The notes: generated from the letters alone by a model not told the origin. Numbered from the whole stretch's first letter, positions 33,578-46,895 are shown. The stretch: 63,910 nucleotides of DNA, filler included, from Octopus bimaculoides (GCF_001194135.2; 6 parts of 6 records of this genome joined end to end with filler, not necessarily neighbours in it); one strand, 5' to 3'. Numbers and translations: made by a program.

Positions 33578-33847
33578 CTATAGAACTTCGTGTCGGCCGA
33601 ATGGTTTCGGGAGGTAGTGTAGTTGTGACATGTTGATCGTCTGTCAAACATTCGGGTACATTGATTGGCCATGTACAGATATCATGAATCTCATCAAAAA
33701 CAGCTCCAGTTTGACACGTGAAGAAATACGGGTATGAATTGACACAACGGTAGAAGACAGTGCAGTTGTTGGGGTCTCGGAAGTAACCGTATGGTTTGGG
33801 ACAGTTGAAATTAGCATTGATGACATGGAACATGTTCCAGAACAAAA
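33578..33847 (-). CDS. Exon encoding a CBM14 / peritrophin-A (ChtBD2) chitin-binding domain plus a Thr/Pro linker
   Basis: CPKPYGYFRDPNNCTVFYRCVNSYPYFFTCQTGAVFDEIHDICTWPINVPEC has the six-Cys CBM14 spacing and aromatics; 270-nt symmetric phase 1-1 exon with acceptor tttttttttttcggtag and donor ag/gtgtgt. Confidence 0.9.
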
Positions 33848-34535
33848 CTACCGAAAAAAAAAAATTTTTAATAGACAAGCAAAAACACGCATTTAATACA
33901 TTTTTCTTGCTTTTTCTACCTTCTTCTTCTCTCTCCCTCCCCCTCGCTTTCTTTCCCTGTCTCAAATCTTTCTTTTCAGTCTTTCATTCTCAGAAATGCT
34001 GCATGGAATTTTGTCAGTGAACAGATCGCAGTCTCAAAGCAACGGAAATATTTTGGTAAATTAAATTTAAATGTTGAAATGAATCTCACAGTTTTTGTGT
34101 GTTTTTAAATGGCTTATAAACATCTTCCATGCTGCAATTGTTTTTGTTTCAGCACACGATCTCAGATCAGGTCACTTGCTATGCAAGTACATCTCCGTAA
34201 TTCTTTTACTCTTTCCTTCTCATTTCTACCCCTTCCCATCTCTCTTATTTCTTCTCCACAGTTCATATCTGCACATTTTCTTTTTCGGTCTCTCATTGTT
34301 TTCCTCCCTAATTTATCTCCCCCCACCACCTCCGTTCATCTCTTGTTCTTTCTCCTCATTCTGTGTCTGCAGCTCGTTTTCTTTTCTCTCTCTCTCTCTC
34401 TCAGCCTCTTGCCCTATTTTTTATCTTCCTTCACANNNNNNNNNNNNNNNNNNNNNNNNNNNNNNNNNNNNNNNNNNNNTTAATTAATTAANNNNNNNNN
34501 NNNNNNNNNNNNNNNNNNNNNNNNNNNNNNNNNNN

Positions 34536-37500
34536 ATCCGCGGTGGAACTCCTGTTGCCGGCATTGCCCGCCCGAGAGAGTAGCTAGAGTGCCGTCAGGC
34601 ACTCCAAATGCCAGTCTCCCAGTTTAGGTCTCCGCTTGATCCATGCACTGATGTCCGTTAAGGACGTTAACTGGGGAAGGTAGAACCGAACGTGCGGTGA
34701 CCACACCTGCTCTCCATCCAGGTAAAGCCAGAGGTGCCTCAACCTTAACGCGAATTTTCGCATCTTCAGCCAAGGCATCCCAAGCCCACCCTTTAGCGGT
34801 TTCTGGCAGCAGACAGAGCTCTTTACAAGTGGCTTTCCTCCTTTCCACAAGAAGGGGAAAAGGATTCTTTCCAACTTGTTCAGCCACAAATCGGGACAAG
34901 GCACCACAGTCAGACGGTAGGTGATTACTGATGCTATGAACATCTGCACCACCTCCGCCTTTCCTAGCAAGGATAACGCCCGTCCAGACCAAGTCTGGGT
35001 TAGAGCAGTCATCCTGCCGGTCACCTCACTCCAGATTCGGACCTATCCAGATTCCAAGCAGCTTAACAGGACCTTCCGTCCAACGCCCCACGACGTTATT
35101 GGACGGCATCGGCTTGCCTCTCCAGGTGCCGAGTTGGAAACCGACCGACTTATCTTNNNNNNNNNNTTGGACGGCATCGGCTTTCCCCTCCAGGTGCCGA
35201 GTTGCAAACCGACCGACTTGTCTTTGTTAAGCTTTGCTCCTGCCACCGCCTCGTAGCTTTTGATAGCCTTTTCCGCCACTGGAAGCTGGCCTTCATTCGC
35301 CACGATGATGGAGATGTCATCCGCGTACGCCGTAGCTCTTCTTCCACACCGTAGATCATGCGGTGCGCCCCCTACTACCTCCAACCTCCGCAGTAATGGC
35401 TCAAGAGCCAACACATACAGAAGCGGAGACAGGGGACACCCCTGACGAACTGAACGCTCGATCCTGAACGGCTTCGAAAAGAAACCGTTGACCTTGACGA
35501 CAGACTCGATGTCGCTATACAAAGCAGCTATCCAACCGCGAAAGGTCGGGCCTAAGCCAGCCTCCCCGAGGACCACCGCCAAGTACCGATGGTCTACCCT
35601 ATCAAATGCTTTAGACTGGTCTAAATGCACCAGTGCTCCCCCTGCGCCAGAAATTTTCCTCACCCTCCCTAAGGAGTAGCGTATGAGGTGGAGATTGTCA
35701 TGGATTGACCTGCCCGGGATAGCGCAAGTTTGCGCTTCCCCGACGAATCCATCCACGACNNNNNNNNNNNNNNNNNNNNNNNNNNNNNNNNNNNNNNNNN
35801 NNNNNNNNNNNNNNNNNNNNNNNNNNNNNNNNNNNNNNNNNNNNNNNNNNNNNNNNNNNNNNNNNNNNNNNNNNNNNNNNNNNNNNNNNNNNNNNNNNNN
35901 NNNNNNNNNNNNNNNNNNNNNNNNNNNNNNNNNNNNNNNNNNNNNNNNNNNNNNNNNNNNNNNNNNNNNNNNNNNNNNNNNNNNNNNNNNNNNNNNNNNN
36001 NNNNNNNNNNNNNNNNNNNNNNNNNNNNNNNNNNNNNNNNNNNNNNNNNNNNNNNNNNNNNNNNNNNNNNNNNNNNNNNNNNNNNNNNNNNNNNNNNNNN
36101 NNNNNNNNNNNNNNNNNNNNNNNNNNNNNNNNNNNNNNNNNNNNNNNNNNNNNNNNNNNNNNNNNNNNNNNNNNNNNNNNNNNNNNNNNNNNNNNNNNNN
36201 NNNNNNNNNNNNNNNNNNNNNNNNNNNNNNNNNNNNNNNNNNNNNNNNNNNNNNNNNNNNNNNNNNNNNNNNNNNNNNNNNNNNNNNNNNNNNNNNNNNN
36301 NNNNNNNNNNNNNNNNNNNNNNNNNNNNNNNNNNNNNNNNNNNNNNNNNNNNNNNNNNNNNNNNNNNNNNNNNNNNNNNNNNNNNNNNNNNNNNNNNNNN
36401 NNNNNNNNNNNNNNNNNNNNNNNNNNNNNCCCTTCACGACCCAATGCTCGCACTTTAGCCCGAACTCTACACCCCTCGTGTTTGGCTTTGAGGTAACGGT
36501 CCAGTGCCGTTCTCGCCGCTAAAATTTAGGATGCAGAGCTCAACCTCAACGCCTCCTCTAAGTCCTTAACTAATTGCCCTTCTATTCTAGCCCTATCTAG
36601 CCTTAGTTGTTTACTAAACCTAATGGATTCGAATCGAATGGCTCTTTTGAGGGCGAACCACCACCGGTTGTTAACCACGGCTCCGGTTAACGCCCTCTGC
36701 ACTTAATCCGGCTACGGTATGCCTCACAAGTCAAAATAGACTTGTTCAGCTTCCAATAGCCGGGTCCTTTCTTAAGTGTCCTATCTATGTCCAGTCTACA
36801 CTTAACCATTCTATGGTCAGTGTAGGACACCTGGACAAGCTGTGGACAACTAAAACTAGACTTATCTCTAGTTCTTATCACTATCCTGTTTAAATAGGAC
36901 TTGAACCTTCCGTCGCCACTCATCCAGGTCCATTCTGGGACGTTCGGGTGGTCAAGTCTGTAACGGTCTGCCAGCTGGAAACGCTTAAGCAGATCAACGA
37001 GGCGTGAGTTCACTTTCCTATCGATCGAGCCAACGCTATCGATGCGAGCTTCAACAATAGCGTTAAAATCCCCTAGAACTACTAATGTCTTCGGCGTCAC
37101 GAGAAAGCCCTCTAGGCGCCGATAAAAATCAGTTTGGAGACCTCTAGCACAAGGTGCATAAAGTCCGATCAACTTGAAGGTCTTACTGCTGTGTGTCACA
37201 TCAAGGACGACCAGCCCACCTTCAGGGTCCACATAGACTGTGCTTGTCTGCAGAGACAAGCCTTTACGGATCAGTACCAATACACCCCCCCCCCGTCCCC
37301 CGGTCTGGCCAGGAGCCATGATTTTCTCGAAGCCATTCAGGAGAGGCGAGAAGGTTTGTAGACTGTCCAGCTTGGTCTCTGTCGCAACCATCACATGTAT
37401 ATCATGTGATCTGAGGTCATCGAGGAAACATGCCTGCTTCCACTTCGAACTCAGACCACGTACATTTAAACAACCAAAGTTGAGTGAGTCCATCACAAAA

Positions 37501-38849
37501 AGTAAAAAGTCCTACTTACTTTTTCGTTGGCGAAGTTGGGGCCGACATCGCTATTCGTGAGTCAGCCCCTTCCTTCGCATATTTCGGTAATTCTGTAATT
37601 CTCCGGGTGGCTTTTGGGTGCCTGTCCTTTAAGTCTCGGTATAAACTTTCTCCTATTAGAGCGCATCTGGTTTTTAAATCCTTGTGTTGTATGAACAGTC
37701 TAGCTGTGTGATGTCTCATAATGATATCGTTTGTGTATTGTTCCCTGGTATCGTATTCTACTAGCAAGCGGTTTTCTTTTATTTTTGGTGGGGAGGAGGT
37801 TGGGCGGGATTTTTTTTTTTTTGACTGTTGTGCATCGTCTTGGTCTTTTGTAGGGGATGTGGATGGGGAAAGTTTACGTGTGCGTTTACGGTGTATTGTG
37901 AATTCACCCTCTGATATCTCCATGGTATTATCTGAGGGTGAAGCCTCTATAAGAGTAACACTTTTTGGTTCAACAGTCGGTGCCAGAGCTTCCAAGGGGA
38001 TGGGTAGGTTTATTTTTGTAGGGGCTTGTGCTTGCAGGGGCTAGGTCTTTTCTGTGGTTTGTTTCGGGACTGGCACCCTACCAGGAGTGGGAATTTTTTC
38101 TTTTGTAGGGATTGGTGTGTTTGCAGGGGTGGGATTTTTTTCATTATTTGAGGGGCCTGGTGTTTGCGACAACAACTGTTTCCCTTTTTTGTTCTCTTCG
38201 CAATCAACACGAATGTGGCCCTTTTTCCCACATTGGTAACAGGTGAGCTTTCGGCCTTCCACCTGTACCCTAAGGGCCGCATTTCCTCCAACGAGTACAC
38301 TCTCTGGGAGGATCTGAATGTCCTCCTGTGTCCCCTGAATCAGGACCGTAATGCTTCGCCCTAACCAATTCTGGGGGGCGGAGGATGTGCTTTGTAGGAT
38401 TTTAATTTTTTCTCCCATTTCGTACAACAGGGTGGCCACCAACTCTCTTGGGTCCACTCCTGGTGGTACTTCGTTAATATTTACACGGGATGTCCTTCTA
38501 CCCATATATGTTGGTAGAAGTACCACCTTTTCTGACCTCAGGGGACACACGGAATGCTCGCGGGCTAGCTCTTCCCTAGAGAAGTGCACCTCCACTGAGC
38601 CATATGCCCGTCCCTTTGTGATGTACGTTATGTCCTTCCATATCGGGGACAGGCATTTCTCAATTTCTCCTTTTTCCATGTATTTAAACCTTCTGTCTTT
38701 TACTGTTGGTGATGGTGATATTATCACATCACCTCCTTCTTTTTTCATATTTTTAAAATATTTCTGTAGCATATCTACAGATATATCAATATTTTCGGTT
38801 GCCACTTCGGCAACCGCTGCAAACTTCTTACCACACTGCCACGCCTATG

Positions 38850-38850
<1 letters not shown>
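34536..38850 (-). mobile_element. Near-full-length Tx1/L1-clade LINE (ORF1 with CCHC knuckle; ORF2 with APE endonuclease and RT), inactivated; 3' end cut by the linker
   Basis: ORF1 38805-37516 in one frame with a single TAG (38043-38041) and CYQCGKKGHIRVDC; ORF2 ATG at 37493 with ATETKL, LYAP, LGDFN, SYTDH, GPGYWKLN; frameshift near 36690; RT motifs LDQSKAFDRVDH, RQGCPLSP, YADD; post-RT LSLLGKAEVV. Confidence 0.93.
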
Positions 38851-38947
<97 letters not shown>

Positions 38948-38959
38948 ACTTAAAACACA

Positions 38960-39240
38960 TATATTATATGCTGCTTTGTAGGCACATAGGTTGAGAGTTC
39001 GATTCTTGTAGTGGGCTGTTTTGCGTTCTTGAGTAAGGCACTTTATTTCACGTTGCTCAAGTCCTCTCAGCTGTAGAAATGAGTTGCGACGTCACTGGTG
39101 CCAAGCTGTATCGGCCTCTGCTTAATCCTTGGATAACATTTGCGTGGAGAGTGGAGATTGGTACGCATGTGTGGACTTGTACTCTGAAGAACTTTCTAGA
39201 TGCAATCCTATGGTCATTCGTAACCGATGGAGGCCTTAAG
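38960..39240 (+). mobile_element. CORE-like SINE with a distinct 3' part
   Basis: gagagttcgattc B-box, gttcttgagtaaggcactttatttcacgttgctc core shared with 4250-4290 and the reverse complement of about 47890-47935. Confidence 0.65.
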
Positions 39241-39807
39241 CCTATACTCTATTGAAAGTGATTGTTTCCCTTGTGACTCGAGTTTCATGTCACTGCGATC
39301 TACAAGTGAGAACTCTTAATTCTAAATTTAGTGGTGCATTTCTACACGTTGGTGCAGATCTCCTCTCCTATTTTTGTCAGTTCATTGGTTTCACTTTTTG
39401 TTTCCTGGTGATTACTTTCCTTGAACATTTTAATGAGAAGCGTGTTTGTATTATGTTTTATAATTGTATTCTTATTCTGGTGTTTATTTGCTCTATTTAT
39501 CTCTTATTCTTATTAAATTTGTATTTTTTTCTTTTTCTTTTTTTTTTTTTTTTTTGTTGGTTAAGTATGTTTCGTTGATGACGAGCTAATGTGTATTTCA
39601 TATTGTGTTTCAAGATATTAATGTAAACGATAGAATAGTTTTCTTGATGTGAATTTTATTTTGCTCAATATTAGAGAACATTAAAGACTTCGGTGTGCAT
39701 ATATTGTTGTTTACCGGTTGTATTATTTTTGTTGCTTTATCTATTCTTACTACTGTGGTCCGTGAGCTTTAGTTTTGAATTTACCTGTTAAACTAGTTAA
39801 ATATATA

Positions 39808-39925
<118 letters not shown>

Positions 39926-41298
39926 GGGTAGAGTGTCGCGTTTTATAAGTGGTATTCTATACTTGAGCGGCTCTTACTAATGTTTTTTAAATTTTGTTTC
40001 GATCAAGAACGTCGAATTGAAATAGATATTAATGAGGAAAATTCGATTTTACTTATTGGATTTGTCTGTTAAACTAATTATTGGTTGTTTATTTCATTTG
40101 AGAATCTGGGAAAACGTTTTCTGGGTTATAACTCTTTAGGTGTATTTTGTTGTATATGTGAGTTGATCAAAGTTTGTATTAATATATATGTATCAATATG
40201 TTTGCGCGTGTATGTGAATGCACTATTAATTGAGGTGGAACCGTCAACATTTGATGAATAGTAGTTCTGCTGGTGAGAAAGGGAAATTTGATTCAACCCA
40301 GCCTTCTGAATGTGTTTGCGTGTTTATTTTGCGTGTATATTTTGGTGATGTAAATAGGCTAAGAATGTGAATAACAAACAGAAACTTAAAAACTGTAAGA
40401 CATCCGTGAAACTCTTTTCATAAAAACATTGCTGTGAATCGGTGTTTATTTGTCTGGAAAGCCATAAACAGATGCTTTTTGGTTAGACGAGGAGTAAATT
40501 CTACTAAAAGTCAGAAAATTATTGATATTATGTTCGATCTTTAAAAAATACTGCCACTTCAGTGGTTCAGTGAGTTACTGAGTACCTGGAGTGAGTGGCT
40601 CTGTGGTAAGTAGCTTGTCAACTTCCCGTTCCGGAGTTCAGTTGCTTCTTACAGTTGCACGAAGGAGGACTTGTGTTTAACACCGTCCTAAATTGAACCA
40701 AGTGAAGTCGACCGAGGTAGGTGGAATTGTTTTATTTGAGCTGGGTGGGATTTATTGCCGTTCTAATTGTTTTTGCAGTAAATTTTGCCCAGCTCCGGGG
40801 CAATTTCGCCTACTCTCGGCGACTTTAAATTATTGCTAGCTTAGCGAGCAAAAATTGTGTCTCTCGTACGTCATTGTTGGTGGGCGTGTTTGAGCCGCCA
40901 CAACGAGGGACTGAGAATTTTTGAAAACTCTGTGTGTTAAATTTTGTGTGGCGTTTTTTCGCCATAATTTGAACATTCTAGTGGGCGTGTTTCACGTGGG
41001 GGGAGCTACATTTCTTGTGGATTTACTTTACGGAGTACACCAACTGGACTGACAACGAAGAGAACCCTGACTGTTCGGATTTACCTGGTTAGAAAACTTT
41101 ACAGAACCAAGGATTCCCTGCCTGTGTGAACATTGTTATCTGTTTTTTTTCCTTTCTCTCCTTTTTTCCTTCTAAATTTTGGTTCTTCTTTCTCTCTCAT
41201 TGAAATTTTACTTTTTCTTCTCCTTTATCCTGTTTTTTTTTTTCTAACTCTTATTTCTTTGGACTGTTTTTTCGAACTACTCTGTTGAACTGTTTTGA

Positions 41299-41713
41299 CA
41301 TGGTAGAGAAAGAAATTGAAAAGAAGAACCCTGTCTTGGAGTGGGAATTGTGCCCGCCCAGGCAGTGGTTAAATGACTTCAGGGAAAGAACAGTGGTGCT
41401 GAAAACTTACTCGAAGGCACTCGACATCATTACGGTCTTTCCCAAAGTAGAAATAGAGAAAGAGTTGGCAGAACATCTGGCCACTATTAAGTTTATGGCC
41501 AGGGGTGTCAATTATGCAACGGTTTAGTTGTTATTTGACACCCCTGAGGTGGCTCGCAAATTTGCGAGCCAGCCCTTAGAAGGGCAAAATATTTTGTTTC
41601 TTCCAATATACTGTGGGAAGAAATTAACTAGGGCTTGGGTTTGTGGGCTGCCACCCGGTATTGAACCTGCGTGGATAGAGGACACTATCCGCCAGGGCCT
41701 GGGTTGTATTTAA
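41299..41713 (+). pseudogene. Divergent LINE ORF1-like fragment, homologous to ORF1 at 38 kb, with an in-frame stop
   Basis: Gap-free manual alignment to the 38-kb ORF1 gives 25/77 identities (KxEIEKxL...GxxYxxV...ARxxxxxPL...LPxYxG...PPGxxP); TAG at 41525-41527. Confidence 0.75.
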
Positions 41714-41888
41714 GAGCTAGGCTGATTGGGTTGGGTCAAAATCTCTTTTGACCATATGGACCCTATCAGCCAAAGATCAAGTTTTTCTNNNNNNNNNNNN
41801 NNNNNNNNNNNNNNNNNNNNNNNNNNNNNNNNTTAATTAATTAANNNNNNNNNNNNNNNNNNNNNNNNNNNNNNNNNNNNNNNNNNNN

Positions 41889-41924
<36 letters not shown>

Positions 41925-42950
41925 TATACATATATAAACATTTGTTTATATATATATATGTAATATATATATGAATATATATCTATCTATATATTTATAT
42001 ATATGTATATATGTGTATATATATATATATCTATATATATATATATCTATATATCTATATATATATCTATATATATATATATTTATATATATATATACAT
42101 ACACACACACACACAGACACACACATATATATATATAGACATATATATGTGTGTGTGTGTGTGTTTGTGTCTGTGTCTGCGTTTGTGTATGTCTGCTTGT
42201 GTATGTGTGTATGTGTATATGTATCTACGCTCATATTCATGTATATCTATGTTTCTACAAATTTAATACTTGGCACTATGCTATTGAATAATCAGGCTGG
42301 ATTGAGTATATGTGATGGATATATGGGATGGGTGAGCACAAAATGATTTGACCAGAAATGAAGTTGATCAAATGCTATGACCTTAAGCTAAACAAGCAAT
42401 CGCCACACTCCTTCGAATATTACCCAAAGGAAAACTAGTACCATCGATTGATTCCACTTCTTTTCTATGTAATTTTCCAAGTGCCAACATTCATAGTATT
42501 TAATTTGCTCAGTTTCTCCTCGTATATCCAGTGTAGCAGCAATCTATATGCTCATAAATAAGATCAAGTATGTCCAAGATAAACTGTATATTAAATTATG
42601 AATAAGTTGGTTCAGGCACACTTGATCCTTAGAAATTTGTTCATGCATATGCCTTTAAGATACAAACCTTTATGTATTGCAAGTAATTCGGTGAGTGTAA
42701 TAAAGCACCTTCAGTTGTAGAAATAAAAGCTTTTTTTTTATAACCTTCATCAAATTTAGCATAAATTGTATGTTATAGTGAAGTTAGAGAGATTAAATGC
42801 GCTCAACCTTTGTAAATTAAACCAACAGACTAAGGGCGCAGAGTTGGCTATGTGATAAGAAGCTTGCTTCCCTACCACTTGGTTCTGGGTTCAGGCTGAC
42901 CAAAGCCTTGTGAGGGGATTTGTTAGACGGAAACTGGAAGAAGTCGCTTG

Positions 42951-42984
<34 letters not shown>

Positions 42985-44173
42985 NNNNNNNNNNNNNNNN
43001 NNNNNNNNNNNNNNNNNNNNNNNNNNNNNNNNNNNNNNNNNNNNNNNNNNNNNNNNNNNNNNNNNNNNNNNNNNNNNNNNNNNNNNNNNNNNNNNNNNNN
43101 NNNNNNNNNNNNNNNNNNNNNNNNNNNNNNNNNNNNNNNNNNNNNNNNNNNNNNNNNNNNNTACGCCCACGCAACTTAGAAGTTAAGCAAAAGGGAGAAT
43201 TAGAATAAGTACGTACTAGGCTTAAAAAAGTAATTCCTGGGATTGATTTCTCCACTGAACCCCTCTAAGGCGGTGCTCCATCACGGCCGCAGTGAAATTA
43301 AATATTAGTTAGAGAAAAAGCATTATCATAAACGAATGCTTCACTTGTCTCACATTTTCACATGATCGATCGGAAAAATATCTATTCAGATTAAATTAAA
43401 AAAAAATTAAAGTGAAGATCTTTCTGTGTCAATTTTCAAAAAAAAAAAAAATATTCATTTACTGATATATTTGAATTATAAAGTTAAGAAGAACTTGCAG
43501 TGCCTCTAAAATATCAATCTTAAATATCTTTTTTATTAAGTGAATGAAGGTAGTAACAATGCTGGGATGGACATTGCATATATCTTCGAAAATCAATTTA
43601 AATAGATATAGAAAATTGACAGCAACTGACAAGTGAATGTGGAGGTGTGGGTTTTTTATGTAACTGCATCATAAATGTCACCGCATAGCAAATATCATTA
43701 CATAATATTATAAAGGAGGGCCCTTTATAAAAGGATCTCATCCTCTTTACATATCAGGCCCTCAATCGCAGAATGCCGAAATATCAATGAACGTGATAAT
43801 GATCCATCTCCTTCTGCAAGATTAGTCAAAAGGCTTCACCAATACCATTAATTCCGGATATTATTTTGACATCGACATCTTCCATAATTGAAGTCTCATT
43901 GAAAATTCATAGCAAATCATTAAGTCAAATTTCCTTTCAAGAATGTTTTATTCTTGTAGTTTAGAAAGAAGTACCCGAATTACAAATGTCAGATTTCTGA
44001 AAAGTCATGGTCACAGTATGATGGAAATAGCTCGAAAATCTTGTAAAATATCTTTGTTATGAAAATGCATATATTTTATTTGTTATGAATCTGATTAATA
44101 TAAGCAATAAAATTTTAGACGATATTTAGAAGTCGTAACATTACAAAATTCCTAATGTTGGCATATTAAATAG

Positions 44174-44240
<67 letters not shown>

Positions 44241-44241
44241 G

Positions 44242-44304
<63 letters not shown>

Positions 44305-44305
44305 C

Positions 44306-44547
44306 ACGGCTAAACCTAAACTGTCCTACCCTCTTTTTACACGAGAACATTACTGTGTGATACACGATCCCTATTGATCGCTTTTTTTTTCTCTCGGTCC
44401 CTTTTGATCGAACTCCCCCCTCTTTTTCCTTCCTACGATCCCTTTTGATCGACCACCCCTTTTTTTCCCTTCCCCCTCCCAAAAAGAAAATCTCTACATT
44501 GTATTTGTCCCATCTTCGTTGAGCCCTGTGTGGCTAATAAAAGAAAT
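44306..44547 (+). mobile_element. 5'-truncated retroelement 3' UTR embedded between two (TATC)n tracts
   Basis: Pyrimidine-rich, three gatccc(t/a)tttgatcg-like subrepeats, ends gagccctgtgtggctaataaaagaaat; (TATC)n at about 44175-44305 and 44548-44630. Confidence 0.6.
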
Positions 44548-44566
44548 GTATCTATCTATCTATCTA

Positions 44567-44631
<65 letters not shown>

Positions 44632-45657
44632 GTCTATGTGTCTGTCTCTGTATCTGTCAGTCCATTTGCCTATCTGTCTGTGTGCCTGTCTGTACACAAC
44701 TAACAGTGATTTTGTGGAGCGGGCGCGGATGGATTGTTTGTCCCCATGGTTATATGTGGATGTTCTCGAGACTGGTTTTTCATACACTTTTGTTAATATT
44801 TCTACTGAAAGATTTGATAGTTGAGATATATTACTTACGCTGGAGCAGGGGAGGCAACACTTGCTTGTCACCATTAGGTATGGCAGTAGTAATATGTCCA
44901 TCAACTTCATAATTTAATCCTAGGACTGAAAGCAACATAGTCTCCCATAAACATTCGGAATTCGACTAGTGGGGACTTTTGAATCTCAATGAGGCGTATT
45001 GTACCCCAGTCTTTCTTACCGTATAGAGTCATACATTTTTTATGGAAGTCGTGTTTTTCGAGACATATAATGTATTATTTCTACTACGACGTGCAACTAC
45101 GCAAGAATTTCTTTCTTGCCTTGTCTGCATCAATAAACTTACGTAACGTGTTACATACAATACTAAACATTCCCTAGGCTGCTACTAATATCCGAAATAT
45201 ATGAATCTGATAGAAATAAATAAATTCTATTTCAGTTTGGTTCCTGTAGGTAAGATTAGCATCATGACTCAAGAATATTGATTAAAAAGCTGTGAACAGC
45301 AAAAGTAAATTTGAATTATAAATCACGTTTTAGTTGCAAATGAATATCATACATACGATTCAGAGTCGATGTGACGAGATAATTAATTCTTACAATGTGT
45401 TCTATAATAAAAGGGATATTAATTATGAAGATTTCAATGATGATAATTGAGGCAGAAGACCAGATTTTGAGAACAAGGGTTTAGTCGATACCATTGGCCC
45501 CATGTCTTCATTTGAATTCTAATATATCGATTACGAAGTGAAGAATAGAAGAGTAGAGTTGACTCCAGTGGTTTGTGAAGTCAGAAATTATGAAGCAGAA
45601 AGAAAGTATTTCTCCGACGTTCTTGAGATACTCTCAGGTCTCCACCTAAGTAGCACC

Positions 45658-45690
<33 letters not shown>

Positions 45691-46379
45691 TGTCGAGTCC
45701 CAGGACCTCTCCGATGACGTGAACACAACTGTTTGTTAATAATCCACGTTAGATAGATACCCCTACAAACTTCAGTGGACCGCAATATTTAAGTTACAGT
45801 GGGCCGTGAACGACTGAAGACGTGATTGCTGGCAGCGATTTTTTTTCCTACGAGAGTTCTGGATCCAAGTTATGAACTCACTTGCATACAGCCATTCAGA
45901 GGTCAACTATCAAACTAATTTACGAGCGCTTAAGCGATGGGCGATAAGATAAGGTCACTTGTTTAAGAAATGACCATAATTCTATCATTTTTAATAATGG
46001 TTGTTCATCTTGTTCCTGTTTCAACCATGGCTGCCTCTGCGTAGTTAACTGTGTTGTTCTTTACTTTGTAAAACAATAAAAGGAGACGGTTGCTATCACA
46101 TCACTCTCTATCCACATTTGTCCCATCCATATTTTTACCATATCGAGTCCTAACAAAATCCGATCACAGATACCAATGTAAATCTATCTAATTACTCGTC
46201 TCCTAAAATCAGGCATAACATGGCGATCGGTTGACTTACAACACTGTTCTTTGTCTTGGGTTTACTTGATAGAGTGTGTTTCTTAACTTGACAAGATCAA
46301 GGTGAGCTCTGATTGGCTGTATACAAATGAGTTCATTACTGGGGGTCGGGAACTCTAGTGGGAAAAAAAAAATTCACGA

Positions 46380-46895
46380 AAGACCAAAACAATAAACTGT
46401 TTATTGGTTGAAATTAGCATACCCTGTAACCATACTATCTCGGCAAAAGAATTTAATAAGCTCAGAAAATACGAAGATTTGCTAATCGAAATCGAAATGA
46501 TGTGGCATCTCAAGACGGATACAATACCAGAGATTATAGGAGCACTTGGAAGGATGAAAAGGAACTGAAAATTATTAAAAGATGATCCCTGGCTTACCAT
46601 CCATGCAGGAAGCGCAAAAGATTGTCTTAATTGGTACGTCACACGTACTCATAAGTGCAATGTCGCTGTGAATTTTCTTTCCTTTTCCCCCTTTATTTTA
46701 GTCGTTTGCTTTTCTATATTTTTTTTTTCTTTTTCTCTCCGTATTCCTCCTTTTCTCTATCACATGACTTTGCAAATGAACAATCTCGGGCGTTTTTTTT
46801 AATGGCCTACCAATGTATACAGTAAGTTTCTATGTCCTGGGTGTCAGCAAGGGATGGAAACAGAACTGAAAGAAAATGCTAATGAAAATGATAAC

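Noticed and set aside
35090-35225. Apparent tandem duplication inside the Tx1 RT region (similar cases at 15600-15720)
   Set aside because: The two copies flank an 11-N gap, typical of overlapping contig ends; small differences suggest two alleles or two element copies joined by the assembler.
38041-38043. Programmed stop-codon readthrough in ORF1 (single TAG here and at 41525)
   Set aside because: The stops are at non-homologous positions, each is one substitution from a sense codon, and ORF2 is also frameshifted; ordinary decay is simpler.
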